Below are positions 41,262 through 54,474 of a stretch of DNA of 64,000 nucleotides, one piece after another (the stretch's first letter is position 1; every line of letters begins with the position of its first letter). The position numbers were made by a program, and so were the translations under genes. Source of the stretch: Octopus vulgaris. Lineage: Eukaryota. The notes below the pieces were generated by a model, which saw only the letters and a program-made list of their open reading frames with translations, did no database searches and had not been told where the DNA came from. The stretch is from positions 11,966,001 to 12,030,000 of the forward strand of contig OX597833.1 in the NCBI GenBank assembly GCA_951406725.2, in the 5' to 3' direction.

Positions 41262-42054
41262 CCAGACACCCAGCTGACTACTTGACAGACACTGACTTTG
41301 CTGACGACATCGCTCTTATCAGTGATTCTCTCTCCAATGCCCAGTCTCTTTTACAATCTCTTGAACAAGCCTCAAATTGTATAGGTCTTTACCTCAATGA
41401 GGCCAAAACTGAATACATAAACAAGTGCCTGTCCAACAGTGATTGCATCATCCATACTCTCAACAGTGCGCCTTTAAATATGGTTTCTGATTATAAATAT
41501 CTTGGGTCATACATATCATCTGGAAAATACTTTCTAACTAGAAAGGGTATGGCCTGGTCAGCCTGTAATGACATGCATAAGATCTGGTCATCAAATCTAA
41601 GTAGAGACTTCAAACTTGAAATATTCAAAGCCACAGTCGAACCAATTCTACTATATGGCTCAGAAACCTGGACGTTATCAAAGAAGCTTGAGAGGCGGTT
41701 GGATGGAACCTACACTCGCCTCCTTATGGGAGCTCAAAATCTCTCGTGGAAGCGCCATCCAACCAAAATGCAAATATATGGGAAATTACCACCTGTGTCA
41801 TCTCTTGTGAAAGGTAGGAGAGTCCAGTTTGCTGGACATTGTTGTAGAGCTGAAAAAGAAGTAATTTCTACTCTTCTCCTCTGGAAACCATCTACTCGCA
41901 ATACCAGAGGGCGCACACTCTCCAACCCTGATGTAATCTCCAAGGATACAGGCATCCAGCAACAGGACCTCCGTAATGCTATGATGGACCGTGAAGTCTG
42001 GCGTAACATAGTAAATTCCATTGTCTCGACCACGGTCGAACAATGATGATGATG
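41262..42054 (+). mobile_element. 5'-truncated RTE-clade LINE with (GAT)n tail and 10-bp TSD
   Basis: 254-aa open RT C-terminus; TSD attaaaagtt at 41252-41261 and 42055-42064. Confidence 0.92.
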
Positions 42055-42084
42055 ATTAAAAGTTTAATAAAAGATAAAGAGTAA

Positions 42085-42117
<33 letters not shown>

Positions 42118-42519
42118 TGTATGTATGTATGTATTTGTTTGCATGTGTGCAAGTGTATGTATGTTTGTATTTATGCATGCATATACATCTATCTATCTGT
42201 CTATATGTATATATATACGTATATATTAACGAAAAGATATGACATAGGAAAAGTTCCTGTCATAACCATAGTATTTTTCTGTTTCATCTTTTTCTCTTAT
42301 TACCGCTCTGTAATCATCTACCACTTTGTTCTAAAACATGTATATTGAGTTCTATACCAAGTCATCAGTCGCGCAATGCTTAAGCTAAATGTGTGTGTAT
42401 ACACACGCGCGCGCACGCGGGCACACATACGTATAAAATAAAAGAAGGAAAATGCTCATAGTTTAGATAGTTTTAATATATTTTTGAAATATATTTTATA
42501 AGTAAAAGTGTATTGTGTT

Positions 42520-42552
42520 TGTCGACCGGTTTCGCCATCGCTAGTCATGATA
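42520..42552 (-). ncRNA. Minimal hammerhead-like motif, A3:U8 variant
   Basis: TATC ATGACTA GC-GATG-GC GAAA CCGG TC GACA; shares upstream ggggaggtaat motif with the PLE at 52.2-52.6 kb. Confidence 0.55.
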
Positions 42553-42864
42553 TTGAAACTATAGTAAATTCGAATTTTCTCAAGAAGATTTTAGTCCGTG
42601 TTGTGTGTGGAGATGTTTGTGAATGAATGAATCAACAAGTACAACAATTTAAGGGCAGGTAATTGGTGATCGTTATTATTCGGGACAGGGGAGGTAATGA
42701 ATAAATATAGAAAACGCCAAAAGATAAATTAGTGAGATGCAATATATTCAGTAATGGGTATGTGATCACGAATTAAAATACATACTGATACCAAAGTTGG
42801 TTACGCATTCGTATTAGGCGTGTTCTGAATTTTTCGATAAATGAATTTTCTTTATTTAAGCGTT

Positions 42865-43242
42865 CTTTTTCTTTTATTCTTTTACTTGTTTCAATCATTT
42901 GACTGCGGCCATGCTGGAGCACCGCCTTCAGTCGAGCAATTGACCACAGGACTTATTCTTTGTAAACCTAGCACTTACTCTATCGGGCCACTTTGTCGAA
43001 CCGCTAAGTTACGGGACGTAAACACACCAGCATCGGTTGTCAAGCGATGTTGGGGGACAAACACACACATATATATATACGACGGGCTTCTTTCAGTTTC
43101 CGTCTACCAAATCCACTCACAAGGCTTTGGTCGACCCGAGGCTATAGTAGAAGACACTTGTCCAAGATGCCATGCAGTGGGACTGAACCCGGAACAATGT
43201 AGTTGGTAAGCAAACCACTTACCATACAACCACTCCTGCGCC
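42865..43242 (-). mobile_element. SINE family A
   Basis: Family consensus. Confidence 0.88.
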
Positions 43243-43647
43243 TTGCACTGGTAGATGGGGAAAACTGTGAAGCTTTGTTGGATATTACCTTCACATGTGT
43301 ATATGTATTCACTTAAAGGAATCTGTCTGTACTGCAGGAAACGAGTCTATTCCTTGTGTAGTGTGGCTCTCCATCTAAGCGTCAGACTTGTCTGTCGTAT
43401 ATAGTTATGACCACAACCTGAACAAGTTATAACATAAATTAGATTCTCGGAAGCACAAGTGAAGACCCAAAACGCACACACACATACACACATACATATA
43501 TACATATGACGGGATTCTTTCAGTTTCCGTCTACCAAATCCACTCACAAGGCATTGGTCAGCTCGAGGATATAGTAGAAGACATTTACCCAAGGTACCAT
43601 GCAGTGGGACTGAACCTGGAACCATGTGGTCGGTAAGCAAGCTACTT

Positions 43648-45822
43648 TATTTTCAAAAAAATTGCCATAAAGGCATGATACTGAGTAGCTTGTGGGCTGG
43701 ACAGAAACATTGATGAGATGAATGATGATATCAATGGGAGGAGACAAAAAACGCCCGTCGATTCTTTGCTTCTCTAAAACATTATTTTTTACACAAAAAA
43801 GAAACCGAGGTATTGAACCTCTTACTTCCGTTTTACAATTATTGGACTTAATAGTCCATTTACAAATTGAAACATTATTATTTTTAACAAAAAAAAAAAA
43901 CAGACCGAGGTACTGTACCTCTTACTTATTAGACTTAATAGACCATTTACAAATTAAAATATTTTTTACACAAAAAACAAAACGATATATTGAACCTCTT
44001 CCGTTTTTTCGATTTTTGTACTTTATAGTCAATTTACAAATTGAGGCGCTGAGCCTCTTTCACACTTAAACATTATAACGCTGAGGCATTTCAATCTCTT
44101 GTCAATTTTCCTCCCCAACATCGCTTGTGCCCGTATACTCCGCCATCACCCACGCCTCGTTTAAAACCAAGGCGGGCTCTGAGTCGGCATCGCCCGGCCA
44201 CAAGCGATATTCCTCTTTGAGTCCCTCCAGCCAACATATCAAGGGCAACGTTATGGTTTCCACAGCTATCTGCGGAGGCCATTCGGGTTCTCGTGTGAAA
44301 GTTAAAGGTATTCCCTTATAGTGTTTTTCCACCACCTTTCTACCTCTCCACCTCTGTAGAAGATCAATAATTTGTCATCCTCCGGGATCGAAGTAGTCAA
44401 TTCTACCGTTGGCAGCACAATTCCCGCCAACGGTGTCTCTTCCTCTGCCGGCAGCACAACCGACGAGGTTTCGGGACATTCCGGTACTATGTCACCGGCT
44501 GCCGGCAATGTCCCGTTTTTCTTCCTCTTCCTTAATTTTTATATTCTCAGCTGGGGGAGGGTGCGTCTCATCCGTGACCAGGAGATTCGCTTCCCTCCCT
44601 CATCCCTAGGATCCTTCGGTGAGCACCCATTATTGCTCACCTTCTTCCTCTTGCAGCCCTTCTTTGAGGAGTCCTCCGCCTCCTCGGCTGCCTTCGTTCC
44701 TTCTTCTACAGAAGTCTCCATCAACTGCTCCAGGTCTTTTCTTTGTTCCTGAGGACAGTTTTTCTTTATATGGCCAGGCTGCAGGTACCGATGACACCTG
44801 TGGGGGGTGGAAACCCTCATGAATCACCGGGTACCTGCACCCGGCCATCCTAAAAAAATCTGGACAAACCAGATTATCGACTGATTGGATCCACAGGGTC
44901 AAAACAGCTTTCGACCCCACTCAATCAGCTGCAGGCAGAATTTTGACATTTAAGAGCTTGGCTCTGTTGCCACCCAGACCCCGACAGATAGTGTCTTCTA
45001 TCCACTCGGGCTCTATTTCGGGTGGAAGCCCACATACCCAAGCTCTTGTCAATTTCCTCCCACCATATGTGGGGGGAAGAAGACGTTTCTTCCCTTCCAA
45101 GGGTTGGCTCGCAAAAAACTCGAGCCTCCCCAGAGGTGTCAAACTACACCGTTGCATATTTGCTACCCCTTGCAATAAACTTAACAGTTGGCAGTTATTC
45201 TGCCAACTCCTTTTCAATATCCGTCTGAGAGAACACAGTGATAGTGTCGAGGGACTTAGAATATGTCCTCAACACCACCGTTCTCTCATTAAAGTTTTCT
45301 CCCACTGCTTGAGAGTCACAATTTTTCACTCCACTACAGTGTCTTTTTATTTTGTTGCCATGCTTGCAAAAGAAAAAATAAAGAAAAATGTTCAACACAA
45401 AATCCAAAATGTTCCAAATAAAAGTCCAAGAAAAATACAAAAAAGAACAGAAAGACAGAGCAGAGAAAAAGAACGATGGAAGACAGTTCGATTCACGGCA
45501 ACACAATTCCGCCACTCAGGTAATCCACAACAATACAGGTACTCCAGTTCACCGTCGCAGCACACAAAAATTCCTCCATGAATTCATAAAATTTCCAGAT
45601 TTTGGTATCGAGACACGCCCACCAAAACAACAATTCTCACAGCTAAGGATTTCTTATTCGAGAAAAAAAAACAATATAAAATAAATTAAAATTCCCCACC
45701 GAATCCCTAAAAAGACAGATGCCTACCTTGCAGTCGCACCTTCAACGATTCTTTAATTCAAGACGGCTTCCAAGTACGTCTTGACAGTGTTCACTCTGAC
45801 AAACTCAGGCATGCATAAGCGA
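43648..45822 (-). mobile_element. ORF1-only (gag-like CCHC) non-LTR retroelement inserted in a SINE A head with 16-bp TSD
   Basis: TSD ggtaagcaagctactt at 43632-43647 and 45823-45838; frameshifted ORF ~45360-44100 with RCHRYLQPGHIKKNC knuckle; no RT or endonuclease motifs seen. Confidence 0.7.
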
Positions 45823-46459
45823 GGTAAGCAAGCTACTTATTCTACGGTCACTACTGCGCCTATGGCTACTTACCCCATTACTTATACATATATTTATACA
45901 CACGTACATAGAAACATACATACGTACGTACATGCATATATACACGCACAGAGTTTAGGAATGTTGAACTTTGTTGTATTTTGTTAACATGCTTTACGTT
46001 CACAGGTCAGCTTCTACTGGTTGTATTGCATTTTTTGGAAATCAGTGAAATAAATGATAGCTACATAATGTCACCCTTTTAAAGCCTTGTTATTATTCCA
46101 GTATTTGAAATCAATACCCAGAAGAACTTTATTTATATGAGAAATGTAAGCACTCTAAAGAATGCCATTAGTGATTTCAAATTTTGGCACCTTAAAAGAA
46201 TGCCCTTATTACAGCCCAAGATAGGACGGCGAGCTGCCAGAAATCGTTAGCATGCCGGGCAAATTGCTTAGCCTCATCTCGTCCATCTTTACGTTCCGAG
46301 TTCAAATTCTGCCGAGATTGACTTTGCTTTTCATTCTTCGGAGATGGACGAGAGAAGTAACAATAGAGCACTGGAGTTGATATAATCGACCTACCTCTCC
46401 GCCGAGCTTTCTAAACTTGTGTCAAAATTTGAGGCCATCATTACTACCCAGGATGAATA

Positions 46460-46833
46460 TCTTTATATAAAAAAGTGAGGTTGTGTGCTGTCTGTCTCCT
46501 ACGATTTAGATTCCTAACTACTCCCAAATTTTGCGGTGCAGTTTAACCAAAACCGGGTATCTTATAGTCGTGATTCATATCGAGCCCTTCTGGGTATTAG
46601 CGCGCGTCTACGATGAGTCTACGATTTAAAAAAAAATTACCATCAATTTTTCCCATTTTTAATGCATTTTTAGCATATATAAGGGAAGTAACTCTCTAAA
46701 AATTTATTATTAAACCTCAGAACGTAAAAAGCTACAGAAACCCCCCCCCCCCTTGTGGTTAGCCATATTGAGATGGCGATTATACTTTAAAAAATGCTTA
46801 TATAGTTATTTCCCTTACAAACCCGAGCAACGC
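46460..46833 (+). mobile_element. Non-autonomous Helitron, 3' truncated in the hairpin
   Basis: Same family as 32222-32616. Confidence 0.82.
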
Positions 46834-46925
46834 AAATAACAAAACTTCTGTACCTAAAGCCTAACGTCAACAGATGGTGTTGTATATGCGTTTTGGAGTG
46901 AATGCTATATACATATGTATATTAA

Positions 46926-47690
46926 AGCGGCGAGTTGACAGAAAAGTTAGCACGCCGGGTGAAATGCTTAGCGGTATTTTGTCTGCCGTTACGTTCTGAG
47001 TTCAAATTCCGCCGAGGTTGACTTTGCCTTTCATCCTTTCGGGGTCGATTAATTAAGTACCAGTTACGCACTGGCGTCGATATAATCGACTTAATCCGTT
47101 TGTCTGTCCTTGTTTGTCCTCTCTGTGTTTAGCCCCTTGTGGGTAGTAAAGAAATAGGTATTTTGTCTGTCGTTACGTTCTGAGTTCAAATTCCGCCGAG
47201 GTCGACTTTGCCTTTCATCCTTTCGGGGTCGATAAATTAAGTACCAGTTACGCACTGCGGTCGATATAATCGACTTAATCCGTTTGTCTGTCCTTGTTTG
47301 TCCTCTCTGTGTTTAGCCTCTTGTGGGTAGTAAAGAAATAGGTATTTTGTCTGTCGTTACGTTCTGAGTTCAAATTCCGCCGAGGTCGACTTTGCCTTTC
47401 ATCCTTTCGGGGTCGATAAATTAAGTACCAGTTACGCACTGCGGTCGATATAATCGACTTAATCCGTTTGTCTGTCCTTGTTTGTCCTCTCTGTGTTTAT
47501 CCCCTTGTGGGTAGTAAAGAAATAGGTATTTTGTCTGTCGTTACGTTCTGAGTTCAAATTCCGCCGAGGTCGACTTTGCCTTTCATCCTTTCGGGGTCGA
47601 TAAATTAAGTACCAGTGAAACACTGGGGTCGATATAATCGACTAACCCCCGTCCCAAAAATTTCGGGCTTTGTGCCTAGAGTAGAAAAGT
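46926..47690 (+). mobile_element. SINE family B, head plus tandem 184-bp units
   Basis: Units near 46973, 47157, 47341, 47525; last unit has a different tail; older copy at ~46226-46435. Confidence 0.88.
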
Positions 47691-48399
47691 ATATGTATAT
47701 GTACATATAGTGTGTGATATGTCATCTTTAGTTAAAATTCTGTACAAATATATCCACGCTGTTCTTTAAAACAAAAGGCAAGGCTTTACATCCTTATCTA
47801 AATTTCTACTCGTTAACATGATGAGAAAGCAATATTTTGATGTAAAGACAGAATTCGTTAAGTTTGTTCTTTGTTTCTTGTTATAAGTCAGATGGGAAGG
47901 GCAGATTGGGACATAATTATAAGGGAGAAAGATACAGGTGAACTCGAACGTGAGAAACAAACAAGTTTTTGAGAGTTTGTATTATTCTATGTGTGTGTCT
48001 AAATACGTATTTTTGTGTGTGTGCATATGTATTATGTATTCACATATATGTGTGTGTGCGTATGCATGTGTTAGTATTTGTGTGAAAATGTCTGTTTCTG
48101 TTTACGTGATCATACAATTTTTTATTTAGTGAAATTTATGGTGTGAAAATATTGACTCCAGTGTAGTTTTATGAAAAGTCACCAAAAATAACGTTTAAAC
48201 TTATTGCGATTTATCAGGCTATACAAAATCTATTTTCTTCAAGTAATTACAAAGCAATTTTATATATCAAAACACATACCACAATTGTTCTCACGTTTTT
48301 AGAAAATGTGGTACATCTTATGAATTTCTTTATGTATTCTTAGTCACCACCCAAGTAAAGTTGCTGTTATAAACTCATAACTCGAAGAACAACTTAAAT

Positions 48400-48461
48400 A
48401 CGTAGTGGTTAAGAGCGCGGGCTACTAACCCCAAGATTCTGAGTTCGATTCCAGGCAGTGA

Positions 48462-48514
<53 letters not shown>

Positions 48515-48898
48515 GCCCTGATGCAGTACCAGGCAGTGGCTCTCATGGCTTCTGATCTTAACTGATTGGAAGTGTTATCATGTACATTGTTTTGTCTTGG
48601 TATAAAAGATGGGCTATAGCAAATATTCTGTTCAATACCACAGATTTGCTTGTCAGTTGATTGACTTTAACCAGTTGAGCATGTCCCTTAATGGCTGACG
48701 ATATGAAAATTCTAACTGGGCCCCCACCTGCAAGGTCGTGTGCTGTTTATCTTGATATGAGATCACCATGTCGCGCACATACAGTTGTGATGCATGTGCC
48801 TAGTGTACCCTTATCAGACGGGTAGTCATGATGGGTATACTGGACTTCATATATTTTACCCCTGTGTCACTTTGATGGCATGCACTGCTCTCTCACTC

Positions 48899-48955
<57 letters not shown>

Positions 48956-48956
48956 C

Positions 48957-48993
<37 letters not shown>

Positions 48994-49265
48994 TAGTAAT
49001 AATAATAATAATAATACGTATTTTTGTATGTGTGCATATGTATTATGTATTCACATATATGTGATAATAATAATAATAACAGCATCGAAAAATACTTTAG
49101 GAATGAGAACCCAGGTTCGAAATTTCCCCAAGACACCTGATGAAGGCTGGAGAGTATATCAGCCTCAACGTTGTGTTAACAACAAACAAGATGAGGACAA
49201 ATATCCGTCAAATGTAAATTATGTAAATAATGTACATAAATCATCATCTCTTAAATATAGAACTG
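48400..49265 (+). mobile_element. Composite SINE-like element D: tRNA-like head, (AAT)n with ~390-bp insert, 3' part with decayed hammerhead
   Basis: Head gtagtggttaagagcgcgggc...gagttcgattcc; 3' module 49083-49265 repeated at 50048-50170 after another (AAT)n. Confidence 0.6.
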
Positions 49266-49922
49266 AAAAATATATTGTAAGTGAATATACATAACTAAAT
49301 TCTATTCCTTCATATCTTATTGGCGCTACAGATATTTCTATGTTTGTAGTGTCGTATGTAGAGAAGCTAGCAAAATGAGATTTTAAAACCAGTCAATGGA
49401 AAGTATAGCGGTACACAGAATATTTCAATTTATTTGAAAATAGCTTCAAATACCGAGAACTCCCTGAATAATTCCAGTAGTGTGAAATCTGAGTTCAGAA
49501 TTCAATTTATTTGAACAATAAACTTTAAATATCTACTCACTTCCTTATTTGTTTACTAATAGCAGTGTTTGAATTCATATATGGCTGGTTGTTTTTTTAT
49601 CATTCGATACACTGATATTGTCAATAAGAACAGTGATTAAGGTTGCATTGTGTAGTACTTCATTTGACGCTAACTCAATCAAAAAGAACTTTTGAAAATC
49701 GAAGTACTGCAAAGCTTTGGAATGCTAAATTATGGAACATACATCCCTATAATCAATATGTTCTCTCAATCAACATTTCTTCTGTTCAATATAGCATTTA
49801 ATTTCAGTACACCGTTCATGAGCATAAAAGTAAAAAAAGTAAAATTCTACTACATTTGCGAATAATATTATTCATACTAAGATACCTAGTATGAACACAG
49901 GAAAATTTGTTCTTTTGCATAC

Positions 49923-50023
<101 letters not shown>

Positions 50024-50186
50024 TAATAACAACAGCAACAACAACAACATCGAAAAATACCCAGGTTCGAAATTTCCCCAAGACACCTGATGAAGGCTGG
50101 AGAGTATATCAGCCTAAGTGTTGTGTTAACAACAAACAAGATGAAGTCAAATATCCATCAAATGTAAATTAACAAACAAGATGAAG

Positions 50187-50487
50187 ACCAATGCCTTGTG
50201 AGTGGATTTGGTAGATGGAAACTGAAAGAAGCCTGTCGTATATATGTATATATATATAAGTGTGTGTGTATATGTTTGTGTGTCTGTGTTTGTCCCCCTA
50301 GCATTGCTTGACAACCGATGCTGGTGTGTTTACGTCCCCGTCACTTAGCGGTTCGGCAAAACAGACCGATAGAATAAGTACTGGGCTTACAAAGAATAAG
50401 TCCCGGGGTCGATTTGCTCGACTAAAGGCGGTGCTCCAGCATGGCCGCAGTCAAATGACTGAAACAAGTAAAAGAGTAAAAGAGTAA
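50187..50487 (+). mobile_element. SINE family A, 5' truncated
   Basis: Core plus tail. Confidence 0.88.
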
Positions 50488-51536
50488 GACAAATATCCAT
50501 CAAATGTAAATTATGTGAATAATGTAAATATAATTTTCTTTAAAATTTATACTGATAAACAACTGACTTGCTATTATTTTTACAATGGAATTGGTTTGAT
50601 CCTTAAAGATGATATGATATAAAATATGTCTACTAATTATTATTAATTTACACTTATTCAGAACAATCAATGTGTATTTAGCGTTATTTGCCATTTCAAG
50701 AGAAACGTTTAATTAATAAATTTAGAAATCATATTACGATATGAGAACGTAGGTATAAACTATAGGATATATATTTCCCTATTGTAAATTAAATATAATA
50801 TCACTATTATCTTTTATATAATTCATTGTGTTTGTGATTCTGCTGTATTTAAGGTATCATTACAATAGCTCACCATGTAAAAATATTCTAGATATACCAT
50901 TTACCAATGTTACAAATTTTTCTTAAGTATGGGCCTGATTGTTAAATTCTCAATGTAATGAAGTTTTTAATTGGGCTTAATAGTATTTGAATACTAAAAA
51001 ATTCTGCTTGTTCAAGCATAGAGTGCCAATATGGATAGCATTTGCTTAACATATGAATTTTAAGTGATGTCACGAATCATCTTCTGCTTCCTTTCTTTAT
51101 AGCACTGTTTTTAAAAATATGTTGGACCTGCTCAACCGCAAGTCTATCGACATTTTGGTGTTGATTTTGACCCCATAAACCGACTTGTGTTCCTTCAAAA
51201 TGGAGCTGTCAGTCTCCACTCTGGAGGCGTTCAACACCATGACCTCGGAGAAAAACTTTCTATTTGCACGGTGTCTGTGACCAAAGGGTGTCTTTACCCT
51301 TTTCGCTAGCTTTCTTACAAAGGGGTCTAAGGCTCTTAGCTTAGAGTTTTTTGGGGCAACCAGATCAAGCCATCTCAAGTGTAACTGCCCGAAATGGTTA
51401 TGACTTCAGAGAATTGACTGACAAAAGAAAGCCAAGAATGACCCGTCTTTTTTTGCCTGTCCTTCTAATTGTTTCTCTGTCTTTGTATCGTCTATCTGTC
51501 CATACGTTTTAATGCCATCTATTGCATTTTTGTTCC

Positions 51537-51578
<42 letters not shown>

Positions 51579-51760
51579 AAAATTAGCACGAAGCGCAAGG
51601 ATGCATAAAAGCATCAATCTGCTAGAAATAAGAGCTAAAGTCTTACTATAAACCACTGTAAAGCACCAAGATAACAAACCAAACAACAGTAGGCGAGGAA
51701 ACAGAAAGAATTGATATATTCAAAAGAACACCTATGAAAGAAAATGCTATTTTGGATAAG

Positions 51761-51813
51761 TACATATCCGAGTTTCGGCTTTTGGAAATAATTCTTGGAG
51801 CCTCTTCAGTGTA
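51761..51813 (-). ncRNA. Type I hammerhead-like motif (C3:G8)
   Basis: TACA CTGAAGA GGCT-18nt-AGCC GAAA CTCGGA TA TGTA, ~190 nt from a (TA)n tract. Confidence 0.68.
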
Positions 51814-52196
51814 ATCCACCTATTAAAAATTTGTGTCCGTCCATTAGCGTACTGGTCTTCCTATGCATCAAAAACACAGTACATGGTGCAAAAATATCTA
51901 CGAAGAAAAACTTTCAAACACCAAGGTTTGAAATAAGATTTTAGTACTGCTAATATCCTCTGTGGGTAAAATTAAAGTAAATGATATGAACAGCAGTAAC
52001 ATTAGTGGTTCGCAGTGCTAATTTTGTTTATTTTATAGCTATTTAATGCTATTTTGCCTCCGAACCAACTTATGCTACTGCCCGTTCATATAATCTACTT
52101 TAAATTTTATCCACAGACGATATTAACAATAGTAATATTTTATTTCAAACCCTGGCGTTTGAATGTTTTGTTCGTATATATATATATATATATATA

Positions 52197-52590
52197 AGAT
52201 AGTAAAAAGTGAAAAAACTACAGAAGGCTTGTTTTAAAAGGTTAAAAAATATATAATTGAGTCATTATGTCTGAAGAATGTTATAAATTTTTTTCATACA
52301 ATGACATAGTTTTTGAAGAAATGACCGGTTTCGCGTTCAGCTTTTCAAATTTCTTACATCGTTATGTTTACGTTGAGAAGTGTGAAGTTGAGTTCCAGAT
52401 AAGGGGAGGTAATAAGTGATTTCTTCCGGTGTAAGGGAGATAATCGCTTAATATTTCTTGCCTTTTTTTGAGTGAGTTTCTCTGTATAAGAATATTGGAA
52501 TGGTTAAGTTTGGGCTTGTATTTTTCAATGAAGAATGTTTCCTTGTTTAGTCTAATTTGTGTTGGTGTTCCGATAGCACATTGGTAAAAT
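52197..52590 (-). mobile_element. Penelope-like element 3' end: GIY-YIG C-terminus, hammerhead, (TA)n
   Basis: Minus strand FYQCAIGTPTQIRLNKETFFIEKYKPKLN (R..E.FI...P.LN motif). Confidence 0.8.
52316..52355 (-). ncRNA. Minimal hammerhead motif, U3:A8 variant
   Basis: AAGAAAT TTGAAAA GC-TGAAC-GC GAAA CCGG TC ATTTCTT; perfect 7-bp stem I, palindromic loop III, GUC site. Confidence 0.75.
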
Positions 52591-52927
52591 ATATATATAT
52601 GTATGTATGTATAATTAGACTAAATGTTTACACGTTAGGTCACTGGAAAGGAAAATTTTAATTAATTTCCATTTCCCTTTGATATGATTATATATGTGGA
52701 TATATATATATATATTGTTATATTTCGGAATGGTCATTTTGCCAGTTTAGCCAATAAAAACACACGCACTATATATTTGGTGTTACTTTGCTTCAGTGTT
52801 ATTTATTTTTAACATTAATCTTAATCTTATTTCGGCTAAACTGGCAAAATGACCATTCGGAAATATAACAATATCTGTTTCAACACACGACTTCACATAA
52901 AAAGTCTTGCACAACAAATATTTAAAC

Positions 52928-53005
<78 letters not shown>

Positions 53006-53026
53006 GTATATGTATATATGTATATA

Positions 53027-53088
<62 letters not shown>

Positions 53089-53716
53089 CATACATGCAAC
53101 AATATATATATATATATATACATATGTATATGTGTATGTATGTATATATGATACGAGATGCGTCTGCCACTATTCCAAGTAGTCCTAGACTCTTGCTAGC
53201 TGTGACCTAACACCTCCGTCGATTTTTTCTTCACCTCTTCCAAATCTGCAAATTTCGTTGTAGCAACCTTCATCACCAGTGATGACCTTCGAAAAATGGT
53301 CCAGATCATCTTCCAATTGTTCTTTCAGTTCACGACACGCATTCAACACACACACACACATATATGTATACCATTTTTACCCCTCTGCAAAAAGATCTCA
53401 AATTTTATTTGATTTGCTTTTCGCAGGAAGGAAAGTTTCTTATCGAAGATACGTCTCGCCTTCACTTTCGAAACGTAGATAGATGAAACCATGGCGACTG
53501 AAGAAGGGGTTTTTCCTTGCGTTATTTGTCCTGTACTCTATTTTTTTGTTGTTTAAGAAAAATGTCCAGTTCCTTGGGTTTGTGTCTATGTTTTCGTTTC
53601 TCATTGTGGTCGACGTTTTTTTTGGTGTCCTGTACTCATATATGCGTGTATATATACATGTAGAGGTAGGTACGTACATATATGTATATATATATATGCA
53701 TATGTTTTATTTATTA

Positions 53717-53785
<69 letters not shown>

Positions 53786-53956
53786 GTGTATATTTAAAGG
53801 GCTAAAAAACAACTAGGTGGTCAGCCGCATGCTAGAAGTAGATCACCTACGATCAAACTACAAAGAAAAGAATGTTCTCTAAAGGAAAATTTAGCGGACA
53901 CCAGAACAATATGCGGGCAAGACAGATGAAAATTATATAAAAAAACAAGAATTAAA

Positions 53957-54029
53957 CGCAGACCGGCGATTTCACCTATTAACTAATGAATCGCTTACGT
54001 AATCCCTCGTCCGTAGGCTCGTCAGTGCG
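53957..54029 (-). ncRNA. Type I hammerhead with canonical core and 35-nt loop II
   Basis: CGCA CTGACGA GCCTA-35nt-TAGGT GAAA TC-GCC-GG TC TGCG. Confidence 0.75.
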
Positions 54030-54199
54030 ATCGTTCCACAGGTAATATAATTTGTAAAACTAATCACCAGTTTTCCGTATAAAAACAGACACGTGCTTAG
54101 TTTCACCGATTACATTGGGGTTAATTTCAAATGTCTGAGTTCTGGCGCGCTAAAATTCCGGAAACAAAACCTGCAGTAAATAATTTACTGCAGTTTATA

Positions 54200-54292
<93 letters not shown>

Positions 54293-54343
54293 TTATTTGT
54301 ATATATATATGTGTATATATGTGTATGTATATATATATATGTA

Positions 54344-54474
<131 letters not shown>

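Larger units (their letters stand above)
31278..42030 (+). repeat. Tandem duplication of ~5.4 kb
   Basis: 31278-36641 repeated at 36642-42030 with scattered SNPs and microsatellite length changes; junction microhomology GAC. Confidence 0.95.

Noticed and set aside
46102-47937. Plus-strand micro-exons (46102-46145, 47892-47937)
   Set aside because: Phase-compatible but too short to distinguish from chance AG/GT pairs in AT-rich DNA
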